A stretch of DNA of 64,000 nt from Kiritimatiellia bacterium. GTDB lineage: Bacteria > Verrucomicrobiota > Kiritimatiellia > JAAZAB01. The stretch is from positions 32,001 through 96,000 of the forward strand of contig JAXGPF010000004.1 of NCBI GenBank assembly GCA_040767085.1, given 5' to 3'. The position numbers and the translations under genes were made by a program. Numbering within the stretch: the first letter of the stretch is position 1; every line of letters begins with the position of its first letter. The notes beneath the pieces are model-generated. The model ran no database searches. It saw only the letters and a program-made list of their open reading frames with translations, and was not told the DNA's origin. Below are positions 29,995-39,685 of the stretch, one piece after another.

Positions 29995-32900
29995 AGATTA
30001 CGGATGTCAGTTTGAGGCACAAGGTGGCGGTGACGGTGCTTGCCGTCGCCGCGGCCGTGCTCGGCTGGTTCGGACTGACCCGATTGGACGTGGACTATCT
30101 GCCGGAAATCACCTATCCCATGGTGAAAATCCACATCTGGTGGCGCGGCGCCACGCCGGAAGAAATCGACACCAATATCGCCGATCCGGTCGAGCGCGCC
30201 ATGGCCGCGATTGATCACCTGGATTATCTCGATTCTTCCAGCATCGAAGGCATGTACACGCTGCTGGTGAACTTCCAGTTCGGCGTGGACGTGGACACGG
30301 CCTATCAGGATGTCATGGCGGTGATGGGCCGGATAAATCGTGAACTGCCGTCTGACATGGAACCGCCCATGATCATGAAGGCCGACCCGTCCCAGTTGCC
30401 CGTGATGGAGGTGGCGCTCGCCTCTGACCGGCGCAGTTTGGTGTGGTTGCGCGATTGGGCGGACAACTGGCTGGTGGATCGGCTGAGCGCGGTTCCGGGC
30501 ACGGCCGGCGCCGAGGTGGTTGGCGGCCTCAAAAGGGAAATCCGCGTGCATCTCGATCCGCAACGGATGATCGCGTACAACCTTTCGCCCGCGCGGGTCG
30601 CGGAGGCCTTGCGCGACGAGAACCGCCAGATCTTTGCCGGCCGGGTCACGGTGGAGACGAGGGAAATCATCGCCCGGACGATGGGCGAATTCGAGAGTCT
30701 TGAAGAAATCCGCAACGTCGCCCTCGCGCGCGGGGCGAACGGCGAACTCGTTTACGTGCGCGATGTGGCCGCGGTCGAGGAGTCCTACGAGGAAATGCGG
30801 GTTAACACCCGCTTCAACGCGCGGCCTTGCGTCAAGCTCAACGTGCTCAAGCAGGCCGAAGCCAATACCGTGCAGGTGGCGGCCGCGGTCAAGGCCAAAT
30901 TGGCGGCGCTGCGTTCCGAGATGCCGGAGGACATCGAATTCGGCGTGGTCGAAAATCAGGGCGACTACGTCATGCACGCCATCCTGAGCGTGCGCGATTC
31001 CGCGATTCTGGCCGCGATGCTTGTCATTCTGGTGACCTATTTCTTCCTCGGCCACTGGCGGCAGGTGGTGGTCATGCTCGTGGCGCTGCCCGTGACATTG
31101 CTGGCGAACTTTTTCCTTATGCGGCTGGCGGGGTTTTCCCTGAACCTCTTTTCGCTGGGCGGGTTGGTGGTGGCCTTGGGCGTGATTCTTGACAATTCAA
31201 TCATTGTGCTTGAGAACATCACCCGCCTGAAACACGAGGAAGCCTCGCTGGCGCATGGCCGTTCGGAAAACGTTACCGTGCGCGCTACGGCCGAAGTGGG
31301 ACCGGCTCTGATCGCTTCGACCGTAACGTTTCTGGCCATATTCCTGCCGTTCCTGTTCGTTCCGGGGATGGCCTCGCTCTTATTTAAGGAATTGGTGCTG
31401 GTGGTGGCCGGGATCGTTCTGCTTTCCCTGCTCGTCGCCACGACGCTGACCCCGTTTCTCGCCGACCGTTTATTGGCCGGCGTGAAAGGCGGCGGCAAGG
31501 CCGGACGCTTGGCGCGGGCCTTCGACGGGCTGGTTGATCGCGTAACGGATGCCTATGGGGCGGGGCTGAAATGGGTTCTGCGCCTCCGCTGGGTTGTGCT
31601 GGCGCTCTTTCTCGTGCTGCTGGGCCTGGCGGCGTATCTGTATCCCCGGGTCGGATCGGAGTTCCTGCCCAAGGTGGACGACGGCCGGGTGATGGTGAAG
31701 CTCAAGCTGCCGGCGGGGACTTCTGTCGGCGAAACCGACCGGATACTGCATCGAGTGGAAGCGCGGCTCCAAGGTCTGCCGGAAATTCAAAGCATGTTCA
31801 CCATGGCGGGAGGACGGGTGTGGGGGCTGGCGACTTACGAGATTGCCCAGGAGGGCGAAGTGGATATTCAGCTTCTGTCCAAGGCCAAGCGCTCGCTCAG
31901 CACCGAGCAGTTTGTCGAGAAGATCAAGCCGCTGGTCAAGCAAGCCATGGCGCCCGGAGCGAAGATGCCGGTGATGCAGATGAAACTCAAGGGAATTCGC
32001 CAGATTGGGCTGCAGGATGTCGAGGTCAAGGTGCAAGGGTCGGAAATCATGCCGATCTACGAGTTCGCCCAACAGGCCGCGGCGAAAATGAGCGTAACCC
32101 CGGGGCTGAGCGGCGTGAACATCTCGATGGACATGACCAAGCCGGAATACCGGGTGCATGTGGACCGCGCGCGCGCGTCGGCGCTGGGCATTCCGGTTGC
32201 CCGCGTCGCCGCCACCCTGCGGGGCTTGGTGGGCGGCGTGGTCTCCACTGAATACCGGGATGGCAGCGAGTACTACGCCATCCGCGTCATGGTGCCGGAA
32301 CAGCAACTCACGGGGAAAGAGGACATCGAGGGGCTCATCCTGGAATCGCGTGACGGTCGCGCCATCTTCGTGCGGGACCTGGCGGAGGTTCGTCGTGCCG
32401 TGGGCCCGGTCGAAATCACGCGCGAAAACCAGATCAAGCAGGTGATTGTCCGCGCGGATGCGGCGGGCGTCAGCGTGGGCGAGGCCATACGCCGCGCGCA
32501 GGAAGCGGTGGCGGAGTTAACGCCTCCGCCCGGGGTGTCGTTCGCAATGGGCGGCCAAGCCCAGATGATGCGGGAGAACACGCGCACCATGGGGCTGATC
32601 CTGGCGTTTGCGATGTTCTTGGCTTTCGTGGTATTGGCGATCCAGTTTGAAAGTTACCGGTTGCCCTTGATCATGTTGCTGTCCGTGCCTTTTTGCCTGG
32701 CAGGCATGGTGTTCGCCCTCGGCGCCGCCAACCTGGCCGTCGGCGCCACGGTGGCGATCGGCGTGTTTATCGTCATCGCGGCCACGGTCAACGATGGCGT
32801 CCTCTTGCTGACTTTTGCCGAAGAATTAAGGACGCAGCGGCAAATCGAGCCGTTCGACGCGGTGCTGACCGCCGCGAAAATCCGGCTACGCCCGCGGGTC

Positions 32901-33101
32901 ATGACCACCGTCAGCACCATTGCCGGTTTCATTCCGCTGGCGCTGAATTTTGGCGAAGGCGGCGACTTGCTGAAACCCATGGCGGCGGCGGCCATCGGCG
33001 GGCTGCTGATGGAAATTGCCGTGGCGTTGGTGCTGATGCCCGCGCTTTATCTGTTGTTTACGCGTAATACAAATCCGCCCCAAACAGGAGGTAAGTTGTG
33101 A
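29991..33101 (+). CDS. RND efflux permease (AcrB/MdtB-like)
   Basis: 1036 aa; LGVILDNSIIVLENI, LAIQFES, RLRPRVMTT. Confidence 0.93.
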   Translation: MKITDVSLRHKVAVTVLAVAAAVLGWFGLTRLDVDYLPEITYPMVKIHIWWRGATPEEIDTNIADPVERAMAAIDHLDYLDSSSIEGMYTLLVNFQFGVDVDTAYQDVMAVMGRINRELPSDMEPPMIMKADPSQLPVMEVALASDRRSLVWLRDWADNWLVDRLSAVPGTAGAEVVGGLKREIRVHLDPQRMIAYNLSPARVAEALRDENRQIFAGRVTVETREIIARTMGEFESLEEIRNVALARGANGELVYVRDVAAVEESYEEMRVNTRFNARPCVKLNVLKQAEANTVQVAAAVKAKLAALRSEMPEDIEFGVVENQGDYVMHAILSVRDSAILAAMLVILVTYFFLGHWRQVVVMLVALPVTLLANFFLMRLAGFSLNLFSLGGLVVALGVILDNSIIVLENITRLKHEEASLAHGRSENVTVRATAEVGPALIASTVTFLAIFLPFLFVPGMASLLFKELVLVVAGIVLLSLLVATTLTPFLADRLLAGVKGGGKAGRLARAFDGLVDRVTDAYGAGLKWVLRLRWVVLALFLVLLGLAAYLYPRVGSEFLPKVDDGRVMVKLKLPAGTSVGETDRILHRVEARLQGLPEIQSMFTMAGGRVWGLATYEIAQEGEVDIQLLSKAKRSLSTEQFVEKIKPLVKQAMAPGAKMPVMQMKLKGIRQIGLQDVEVKVQGSEIMPIYEFAQQAAAKMSVTPGLSGVNISMDMTKPEYRVHVDRARASALGIPVARVAATLRGLVGGVVSTEYRDGSEYYAIRVMVPEQQLTGKEDIEGLILESRDGRAIFVRDLAEVRRAVGPVEITRENQIKQVIVRADAAGVSVGEAIRRAQEAVAELTPPPGVSFAMGGQAQMMRENTRTMGLILAFAMFLAFVVLAIQFESYRLPLIMLLSVPFCLAGMVFALGAANLAVGATVAIGVFIVIAATVNDGVLLLTFAEELRTQRQIEPFDAVLTAAKIRLRPRVMTTVSTIAGFIPLALNFGEGGDLLKPMAAAAIGGLLMEIAVALVLMPALYLLFTRNTNPPQTGGKL

Positions 33102-33331
33102 AGATTCAGATACTTGGCACAGGTTGTCCGAAATGCAAGATGTTGTTTGCCAATGTCGAAACGGCGGTTAAGGCGTTGGGCATTGAAGCGCAACTTGAAA
33201 AAGTTGAAAAGATCACGGAAATCATGAAATTCGGCGTGATGGGCACCCCGGCCCTGGTGGTGGACGGCCAGGTCAAGAGTGTGGGCAAGGTGTTGAGCGC
33301 CGAGGAGCTTGGGAGGATGTTGGGAACATGA
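33098..33331 (+). CDS. Small redox-active disulfide protein (MTH895-like thioredoxin fold)
   Basis: MKIQILGTGCPKC...GVMGTPALVVDG. Confidence 0.88.
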   Translation: MKIQILGTGCPKCKMLFANVETAVKALGIEAQLEKVEKITEIMKFGVMGTPALVVDGQVKSVGKVLSAEELGRMLGT

Positions 33332-33828
33332 AAACCGCAAAAAATATTGTCATCATTGCCGTGGTGATCGCGGCGGCGGCGGCGATCGTGATCCTTAAAC
33401 AGCAAACGCCCTCCGCCGCGGCGCGGGGGACGCCCTCCGCCGCGGCGGCTGAGGCCGCCGGCGTAGCGGCGGCAGTCACGCCGCCGGCCGGTATTCCCAT
33501 GCCGGCGCCGGCGGTTGATGCATTGAAAAAATTGCCCCGCCTGGTGGATTTGGGCGCGGATAAGTGCATTCCCTGCAAGCTGATGGCGCCCATCTTGGAT
33601 GAATTGAAAACCAGTCAGGCCGGAAGGTTGAAGGTTGATTTCATTGATGTATGGAAAAATCCGGCGGCGGGGGAGGAATATGGCGTGCGGGTCATCCCCA
33701 CCCAGATTTTCTACGCGGCCGACGGCCGGGAACTGTTTCGCCACGAGGGCTTCATGGCCCGGGAGGACATTTTGAACAAGTGGAAGGAATTTGGGGTAGA
33801 TCTGGCCGGCACAAGCCCGGGGCTGTGA
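33328..33828 (+). CDS. Membrane-anchored thioredoxin-family protein
   Basis: N-terminal TM helix; DLGADKCIPCKLMAP; IPTQIF cis-Pro motif. Confidence 0.88.
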   Translation: MKTAKNIVIIAVVIAAAAAIVILKQQTPSAAARGTPSAAAAEAAGVAAAVTPPAGIPMPAPAVDALKKLPRLVDLGADKCIPCKLMAPILDELKTSQAGRLKVDFIDVWKNPAAGEEYGVRVIPTQIFYAADGRELFRHEGFMAREDILNKWKEFGVDLAGTSPGL

Positions 33829-33873
33829 CCGCCATCTGTGCAATCTTCAATGTGCGCAAAAGGGATATAAAAA

Positions 33874-34575
33874 ATGTTGGAAGGCATTTTTACGGCGCTG
33901 ACGCGCGCGGTGGATGGCGCCCCCATCATGGCCATGCTGGCGGCGCTGGTTTGGGGCGTCTTGAGCATCGTCTTGAGTCCCTGTCATCTGGCCAGCATCC
34001 CCTTGATCGTCGGGTTCATTGACGAACAGGGGCACATCACCACGCGGCGCGCCTTCACCATCGCCTGCCTGTTCGCGCTGGGAATGCTCGTGACCATCGC
34101 CGGCATCGGCGTCCTGACCGCGCTGGCGGGGCGGATGCTGGGCGATTTGGGCGCCGCCGCCAATTACGGCGTGGCGTTAGTGTTTTTCGTCATCGGCCTG
34201 CATCTGCTGGAGATCATCCCGTTGCCCTTGGCCGGGCCGAACCGGGTTGGCCTGAAACGCAAAGGCTACCTGGCGGCGTTCCTGCTGGGATTGATTTTCG
34301 GGGTGGCGCTGGGGCCCTGCACCTTCGCCTACATGGCGCCGATGCTGGCGGTCACCTTCAAGGTCGCGGCGGATCGCGCGCTTTATGGCGCGGGCTTACT
34401 GGCGATGTATGGCGTTGGACATTGCGGCGTGATCGTGTTGGCCGGAACTTTCACGGAAATGGTTCAGCATTACCTTGATTGGAGTGAAAAGTCCCGGGGC
34501 GCGGTGATTTTGAAGAAAATCTGCGGGGTCTTGGTGCTGTTGGGCGGGCTGTATATGATCTATACCGCGCGCTGA
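33874..34575 (+). CDS. ccdA: CcdA/DsbD-type transmembrane electron transporter
   Basis: LSPCHLASIP and ALGPCTFAYMAP paired Cys motifs, about six TM helices. Confidence 0.85.
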   Translation: MLEGIFTALTRAVDGAPIMAMLAALVWGVLSIVLSPCHLASIPLIVGFIDEQGHITTRRAFTIACLFALGMLVTIAGIGVLTALAGRMLGDLGAAANYGVALVFFVIGLHLLEIIPLPLAGPNRVGLKRKGYLAAFLLGLIFGVALGPCTFAYMAPMLAVTFKVAADRALYGAGLLAMYGVGHCGVIVLAGTFTEMVQHYLDWSEKSRGAVILKKICGVLVLLGGLYMIYTAR

Positions 34576-34646
34576 TTTTCAGGGCCGGGTCAGGGCCGGG
34601 GCGGCAGCCGCCGCGCCGGCCCGCCAAATCATAAAAAGGGAAATCC

Positions 34647-34979
34647 ATGAAAGCGTTGGCGGTGATTGATGGCGGCATATGCGGTTTCCAGACGCGCATT
34701 CATGCCGGAAGCGACGATGCGCAGAATGTGACGTTCAAGATCGCCAGCGCATGCGATAAGGCGCGCAAGTTCGGGGAGGCGTTGATGGCCAATGGTGCCG
34801 TGGATGGCTATGCCGAGATTGGCGCCGGATCCGGCGGCGTATTGTTGACCCATGCCCGCGAAAGCCTGAAGGGCTGTTGCGCCGCCTGCGCGGTGCCGAT
34901 TGGCGCCTTCAAGGCCATGCAGGTCGCCGCGGGGGTGGCCCTGCCGCAGGATGTAACGATCAAGATCAGCGCGGAGTAA
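34647..34979 (+). CDS. Small Cys-containing hypothetical protein
   Basis: GICGFQT...CCAACAVP..KAMQVAAGVALPQDV; SD AAGGGA. Confidence 0.7.
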   Translation: MKALAVIDGGICGFQTRIHAGSDDAQNVTFKIASACDKARKFGEALMANGAVDGYAEIGAGSGGVLLTHARESLKGCCAACAVPIGAFKAMQVAAGVALPQDVTIKISAE

Positions 34980-35000
34980 CCCCCCTCAAAAGTAAAATCG

Positions 35001-35969
35001 TCACGGCCGCGCCGGGTTTGGGGCGGTTGTTTTAGTTGTGCATGCGGCGCAGGGATTCACCTCGATGCTGATGTGCCGCAAGTCCGAGAAAGAGCGCAAC
35101 CGGGCGCGGTAGTCGGCGGGCGTCCGCCCCTGGCCGGTCACCAAACTGATGATGGCCGCCTTTTCGGCGGCGCCCACGCGCCAGACATGCACATCCGTCA
35201 CGGCGCTGTCGCCGTCGCTTTCGATGGCGCGGCGGACGGCATCCGCTTCCGCGGGCGCGAGATCGCTGTCCGTGAGAATCTGGCCGGTTTCGCGCGCCAG
35301 GCTCCAGGCCCACCGCAGGATGATGGCGCCGCCGAGAATGCCCATGAGGGGGTCGGCCCACATCCAGCCCCACTGCCGGGCCGCCAGCAAAGCGGCAATG
35401 GCGAGCACGGAGGTGACGGCGTCCGCCAGCACGTGGAAATATGCCGCCCGCAGGTTGTGGTCGTGCCGCATGTGATCGGCATGTCCGGTGGGGCCGTGAG
35501 TGTGCCCGTGATTTCCCCGGAGCAGCCATGCGCTGGCCAGATTCACGGCCAACCCGATCAAGGCGACGAGCAGCGCCTCGTCGAACCGGATGGGCGTGGG
35601 CGTCAAAAGCCGCTGCCCCGACTCCCAGAACATCATGACGGCGACCAGTCCCAGGACGATGGCGCTGCCGAATGCCGTCAGGATGCCGACTTTGCCGGTG
35701 CCGAACGTGAACCGCGGATCGCGGGCGTGCCGGCGGGTAAAGGCGAAAGATGCCCAGGCGATCCCCAGGGCCGTCGCATGCGTGCCCATGTGCCAGCCGT
35801 CCGCCAGCAGCGCCATCGAGCCGGTGATCCAGCCGGCGGCGATCTCCAGGACCATGGTGGCGATGGTGAGCCACATCACCCAGGCCGTGCGCCGTTCCCC
35901 TTCGCGGTTCAACGCGCTGAACTCGTGCGAATGCCGGAGTTCATTCACCGCCATTCCGTGCCGTTGCAT
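35001..35969 (-). CDS. dmeF: CDF-family Co(II)/Ni(II) efflux transporter, DmeF-like
   Basis: SMALLADGWHMGTH, His-rich loop, HNLRAAYFHVLADA. Confidence 0.85.
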   Translation of the reverse strand: MQRHGMAVNELRHSHEFSALNREGERRTAWVMWLTIATMVLEIAAGWITGSMALLADGWHMGTHATALGIAWASFAFTRRHARDPRFTFGTGKVGILTAFGSAIVLGLVAVMMFWESGQRLLTPTPIRFDEALLVALIGLAVNLASAWLLRGNHGHTHGPTGHADHMRHDHNLRAAYFHVLADAVTSVLAIAALLAARQWGWMWADPLMGILGGAIILRWAWSLARETGQILTDSDLAPAEADAVRRAIESDGDSAVTDVHVWRVGAAEKAAIISLVTGQGRTPADYRARLRSFSDLRHISIEVNPCAACTTKTTAPNPARP

Positions 35970-36061
35970 GCCCGATTCTCCCTGCCGTCTGTTTAAACCA
36001 AGATTTTCTATAATTTTTGATCAAATATAGCGCAAAATCCAGCGTATGTAAACAAAAGTTG

Positions 36062-36107
36062 TTGACAATTTCTGCGCGCAGTTTTATATTTCGCCAAATG
36101 ACGAAAT
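36062..36107 (+). promoter_or_regulatory. sigma70 promoter with overlapping ArsR-type operator for the arsR-hgcAB operon
   Basis: TTGACA(36062)-17 nt-TATATT(36085); inverted repeat ATTTCG-N8-CGAAAT at 36088-36107. Confidence 0.7.
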
Positions 36108-36168
36108 GAATTTATTGGTTTTGCCAAGACCGCTTGCGGGCCAAGTCATCGTGGCAAAGGAGGAATAG

Positions 36169-36552
36169 ATGCGGGATACATTGGATGTGCTGAAAGCGTT
36201 GGCGGACGAAAAAAGATTGCGTCTGTTGTTTGCGCTGAAGGGTGGTGAACTGTGCGCCTGCCAGCTCGTTGCCCTGCTGGCTATGGCACCGTCCACGGTA
36301 TCGAAACACTTGTCGCTATTACGCGCGGCGCGGTTGGTAGACAGCCGGAAGAATGGTCGCTGGATGTATTACCGGTTGTCCACGGAATTCAGGGCGCCTT
36401 TCACCGGCAGACTGCGGGCGTTGCTGTTCGAGCGGCTGGAAAGTGCGGGCCGGATTGCCGAAGACCGTAAGCGCCTGAAAATGATCTGCGACACAACCAA
36501 GGAATCGCTGTGTCGGAGCCGCTTTTGCATGACACAAACGAACGGCAAATAA
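36169..36552 (+). CDS. arsR: ArsR family repressor with As(III)-type Cys motif
   Basis: LKALADEKRLRLL..GELCACQL..STVSKHLSLLR..RKNGRWMYY; additional C-terminal Cys; SD AAGGAGG. Confidence 0.9.
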   Translation: MRDTLDVLKALADEKRLRLLFALKGGELCACQLVALLAMAPSTVSKHLSLLRAARLVDSRKNGRWMYYRLSTEFRAPFTGRLRALLFERLESAGRIAEDRKRLKMICDTTKESLCRSRFCMTQTNGK

Positions 36553-36578
36553 ATCGGGAGGGAAAAATAAAGGCGGAA

Positions 36579-36848
36579 ATGGATGAACAAACGAAAGAAC
36601 TGATCGCCATAGGCGCTTCGATCGGCGCGCACTGTCAGCCCTACCTGAGGTATCATGTCGGTAAGGCCAAAGAGCTTGGTATTGACGCCGATCTTGTTTG
36701 TGACGCAATCCACGTCGGGCAAATGGTTGAAAAAGGAGCCATGTCCGCCATGCGGGATTTTATAAAATGTGGGCAGGATACTTTGAATCCGGATGGTTCG
36801 CCATATTGTACCGGCAAGACGAAGAGCGGGAAAAGCTGTTGTGGATAA
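36579..36848 (+). CDS. Carboxymuconolactone decarboxylase/AhpD-like small protein
   Basis: KELIAIGASIGAHCQPYLRYHVGKAKELG; C-terminal SCCG. Confidence 0.75.
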   Translation: MDEQTKELIAIGASIGAHCQPYLRYHVGKAKELGIDADLVCDAIHVGQMVEKGAMSAMRDFIKCGQDTLNPDGSPYCTGKTKSGKSCCG

Positions 36849-36874
36849 AAGGTGAAAAAAAAAAGGAACGACCG

Positions 36875-37549
36875 ATGCGTACAAAACATGAAGACCGGAA
36901 AACGTCCGATGCCGGGAATGCGCAGCAAGATGAATCGTCAGCCTGCGGCGCTGGTTGTGGCTGTCATGCCTCAGGGAAAGGCAATCGCGCGCGCGGGATT
37001 GCGGGGGTTATTATCATCCTGGCCGCCGGAGCGTTGGTGGCAAGAGCCATAGTGAAGAACAGCAGCGCTCCGTCCGCGCCGGCGCCAGACGAATTTGCGG
37101 CGCTTTCCGTTCCAGCGACGTCGGCACCGGCAACGGCGGCCACCGTGGCCCAGACCGCCGCCGTTGACACAATCGAAGAAATCGCTTCCTTTGCCGATTT
37201 GAATGTGGTGGCCGCCGATACGGGCGGGGTGTTCATCTTCCTCGCCGGTAAAAACGATCCGCAAGTCAAGACGCCCCTGCCCACCATGCGCAGCGCGGTA
37301 AAAACGATCGAATCCCGATCCCAAATCAAATTAGGAATCTTTAGGCTCAAAACGGACTCGCGGGATTATGCGCAAATCGCTATGCAAATGCCGGTGCCAG
37401 GCGTGCTGGCGATGGTTAAGGGTGGCGGAATGAGCGCCGCTTCCGGGGACATCACTGAGGCGAAACTCATTCAGGCGTTCGTTGGCGCATCGAGTGGGGG
37501 TGGCTGTGGCCCATCATCGGCCGGCTGTGGGCCACGCGGCTGCAATTAG
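36875..37549 (+). CDS. Hypothetical single-pass membrane protein with Cys-rich termini
   Basis: SACGAGCGCH, one TM helix, C-terminal GGGCGPSSAGCGPRGCN. Confidence 0.7.
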   Translation: MRTKHEDRKTSDAGNAQQDESSACGAGCGCHASGKGNRARGIAGVIIILAAGALVARAIVKNSSAPSAPAPDEFAALSVPATSAPATAATVAQTAAVDTIEEIASFADLNVVAADTGGVFIFLAGKNDPQVKTPLPTMRSAVKTIESRSQIKLGIFRLKTDSRDYAQIAMQMPVPGVLAMVKGGGMSAASGDITEAKLIQAFVGASSGGGCGPSSAGCGPRGCN

Positions 37550-37558
37550 GAGTCGAAT

Positions 37559-38269
37559 ATGGCGGAAATATTGAAATGGGTCACTGATACGCTCCAAGCG
37601 GCCAGCATGGGGCCGACCGCTTTGCCGCTGGCATTTCTGCTGGGCTTGGTTAGCGCCATCGCAAGCGCCTGTTGCACGTTGCCGGCCATGGGGGTGTTGG
37701 TCGCCTATTCGGGCACAAGGCAGGACACCAACCGGCGCGCGGCGCTGGCCTCGGCGGCCTGGTTCCTGGTCGGAACAACGCTGGCGTTGATCATCCTCGG
37801 GTTTGTGGCCGGCTTGATCGGTCAGACGGCGCAGGCGTTTCTCGGTCGGTACTGGAAACTATTCGCGGGCGTCGTGGCGGTGCTCTTTGGGCTGGCCACG
37901 TTGAAAATGCTACCCTTCAAGTTGCCGAGTCGGGCTCACAAAGAGAGCGCGGCGTCAGCTTCCGGCGGAAAGTTGGGGGCGGTATTGGGCGGGTTGTTTC
38001 TTGGCGGCGGTGTGGCGGCCGTTTCGTTGCCCTGCAATCCGGGCATCTACATTGTCATCGGCGCCAGCATCCTGATGGGGCGAATTCTGTGGGGCATGGT
38101 CCTCATGGCCGCTTTCGGAGTCGGCTTCAGCCTGCCTTTGGCCGCCATCCTGTTCGGCGTGTCGTTTGGCAAGGCGTCCTTCAAGCTGCAGAAGGCCGAT
38201 GTCGTCATCCGGATAGTGGCAGGTGTGCTGTTAATCTGCGCAGGTTTGTATTTGCTAGCTACTTTTTGA
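37559..38269 (+). CDS. CcdA/DsbD-like membrane protein
   Basis: LAFLLGLVSAIASACCTLPAM, SLPCNPGI, FGVGFSLPL; TGATG overlap with hgcA. Confidence 0.75.
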   Translation: MAEILKWVTDTLQAASMGPTALPLAFLLGLVSAIASACCTLPAMGVLVAYSGTRQDTNRRAALASAAWFLVGTTLALIILGFVAGLIGQTAQAFLGRYWKLFAGVVAVLFGLATLKMLPFKLPSRAHKESAASASGGKLGAVLGGLFLGGGVAAVSLPCNPGIYIVIGASILMGRILWGMVLMAAFGVGFSLPLAAILFGVSFGKASFKLQKADVVIRIVAGVLLICAGLYLLATF

Positions 38270-39324
38270 TGAAAAGTTCACTTCAGGCGGAAAAAAATTC
38301 ATCCCCTGCCACTGGTTTGGCGCCCGATGGTGTCGGGCACGTTGGGCCGGAATGGACCATCGGCGACCATCTCGGCGCCATCGGGGTCAGGTTGAACATC
38401 CGCCGGACACGCTACAGCGTGAACCCGGGATTATACGCATGCGGATCCCCCGGGCCGGATTCCCCGGTTTTTGTTTCGGCGAACTACAAGCTTTCGTTTG
38501 ATCTGCTGCGGCACTCGCTGGCAGGGATCGACGCGTGGATTCTGGCGCTGGACACCCGCGGGATCAACGTCTGGTGCGCGGCCGGCAAGGGCACCTTCGG
38601 CACGGAGGAACTGATCCGCAAGGTTAACGAATGCCGGCTGCATGATCGTATCGCACACCGTCGTCTCATTCTACCTCAACTGGGTGCGCCGGGTGTCGCG
38701 GCGCACGCAGTCAAGCAGCAGACCGGCTTTGCGGTGGTATATGGGCCGGTCTATGCCGCCGAGATTGCGGCCTTTTTGCGGGCAGGCCTCAACGCGACCC
38801 CTGGCATGCGCCGTGTCCGCTTCCGCTGGCACGAGCGGCTAGTCCTGGCGCCATTGGAACTGGTCATCGGTTTCCGGAAGATGCTGTTGCTCGGACTGGC
38901 GCTCGCGGTGCTGGCCGGCGTGTCCGCGCCGGGATTATCCTTGTCAACGGTGTGGAACATGGGCGGAATGGTGTTCGCGCTATGGTTCTGGTCTTATGTG
39001 TTCGCCGGTGTCCTCGGCCCATTGCTGCTTCCATGGTTGCCGGCGCGCGCGTTCTCGGTCAAGGGCGCCTGGCTGGGGGTTGCAATTGCTGCCTGCGGAA
39101 TTTGGGTGGCGGGTCCGGGCTGGTCCGTTCTGCGTTCCGCGGCCTGGCTGCTGCTGGTTGCGGCAGGCGCTTCCCACATGCTGCTCAGCTTTACCGGGGC
39201 AACAACGTTTACCTCGCCGTCCGGGGTGCTCCGGGAGGTGCGGCGGGCGCTTCCCGTGCAGCTGGCGATCGGCGCGATGGGGTTGGCGGTATGGATCACG
39301 GCCGGATTTTTGCCGGCATGGTGA
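38269..39324 (+). CDS. hgcA: Mercury methylation corrinoid protein HgcA
   Basis: Cap-helix motif GINVWCAAGKGTFG, SANYKLSFD, LILPQLGAPGV, C-terminal TM helices with FTGATTFTSPSGV; followed by hgcB. Confidence 0.96.
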   Translation: MKSSLQAEKNSSPATGLAPDGVGHVGPEWTIGDHLGAIGVRLNIRRTRYSVNPGLYACGSPGPDSPVFVSANYKLSFDLLRHSLAGIDAWILALDTRGINVWCAAGKGTFGTEELIRKVNECRLHDRIAHRRLILPQLGAPGVAAHAVKQQTGFAVVYGPVYAAEIAAFLRAGLNATPGMRRVRFRWHERLVLAPLELVIGFRKMLLLGLALAVLAGVSAPGLSLSTVWNMGGMVFALWFWSYVFAGVLGPLLLPWLPARAFSVKGAWLGVAIAACGIWVAGPGWSVLRSAAWLLLVAAGASHMLLSFTGATTFTSPSGVLREVRRALPVQLAIGAMGLAVWITAGFLPAW

Positions 39325-39331
39325 GGAGCTC

Positions 39332-39685
39332 ATGATGAAATACTTATCACGCGACATCTCTCTGAAACTTGACGTCAACCGGTGCGTCGGCTGCGGAATG
39401 TGCGCGATCGTCTGTCCGCATGGAGTATTCGACGCCGCGGGCAGGCCCGCGCGTATTGCGGAGCGGGATGCCTGCATGGAATGCGGCGCCTGCGCCAGGA
39501 ACTGCCCGGCCAACGCCATTGCCGTCACCCGCGGCGTTGGATGCGCGGAGGCGATTATCTCCGGCATGATTACGGGTAAGCAGACCTGTTGCGGGGAGGG
39601 CGGATGCTGCTGCGCCTCAACCAGTTCACCCCCTGGCGTGTCCGCCGGCTCACGCATACCGGAGCGGAAGGAATGCGGCGCCTGA
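39332..39685 (+). CDS. hgcB: Mercury methylation ferredoxin HgcB
   Basis: CVGCGMCAIVCPH and diagnostic CMECGACARNCP, GVGCA, Cys-rich tail; SD GAGGAG. Confidence 0.94.
   Translation: MMKYLSRDISLKLDVNRCVGCGMCAIVCPHGVFDAAGRPARIAERDACMECGACARNCPANAIAVTRGVGCAEAIISGMITGKQTCCGEGGCCCASTSSPPGVSAGSRIPERKECGA

Noticed and set aside
36855-36864. A10 homopolymer as a phase-variation switch
   Set aside because: It is intergenic and upstream of the SD core, so slippage would not shift a reading frame
37672-38268. 550-aa HgcA with a long N-terminal extension (ORF track)
   Set aside because: The extension overlaps the CcdA-like gene in another frame; ATG 38269 with TGATG coupling is the plausible start
38561-38590. 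Selenocysteine-type HgcA or other Sec recoding in the redox genes
   Set aside because: The cap-helix codon is TGC (Cys); no in-frame TGA at Cys motif positions was noticed
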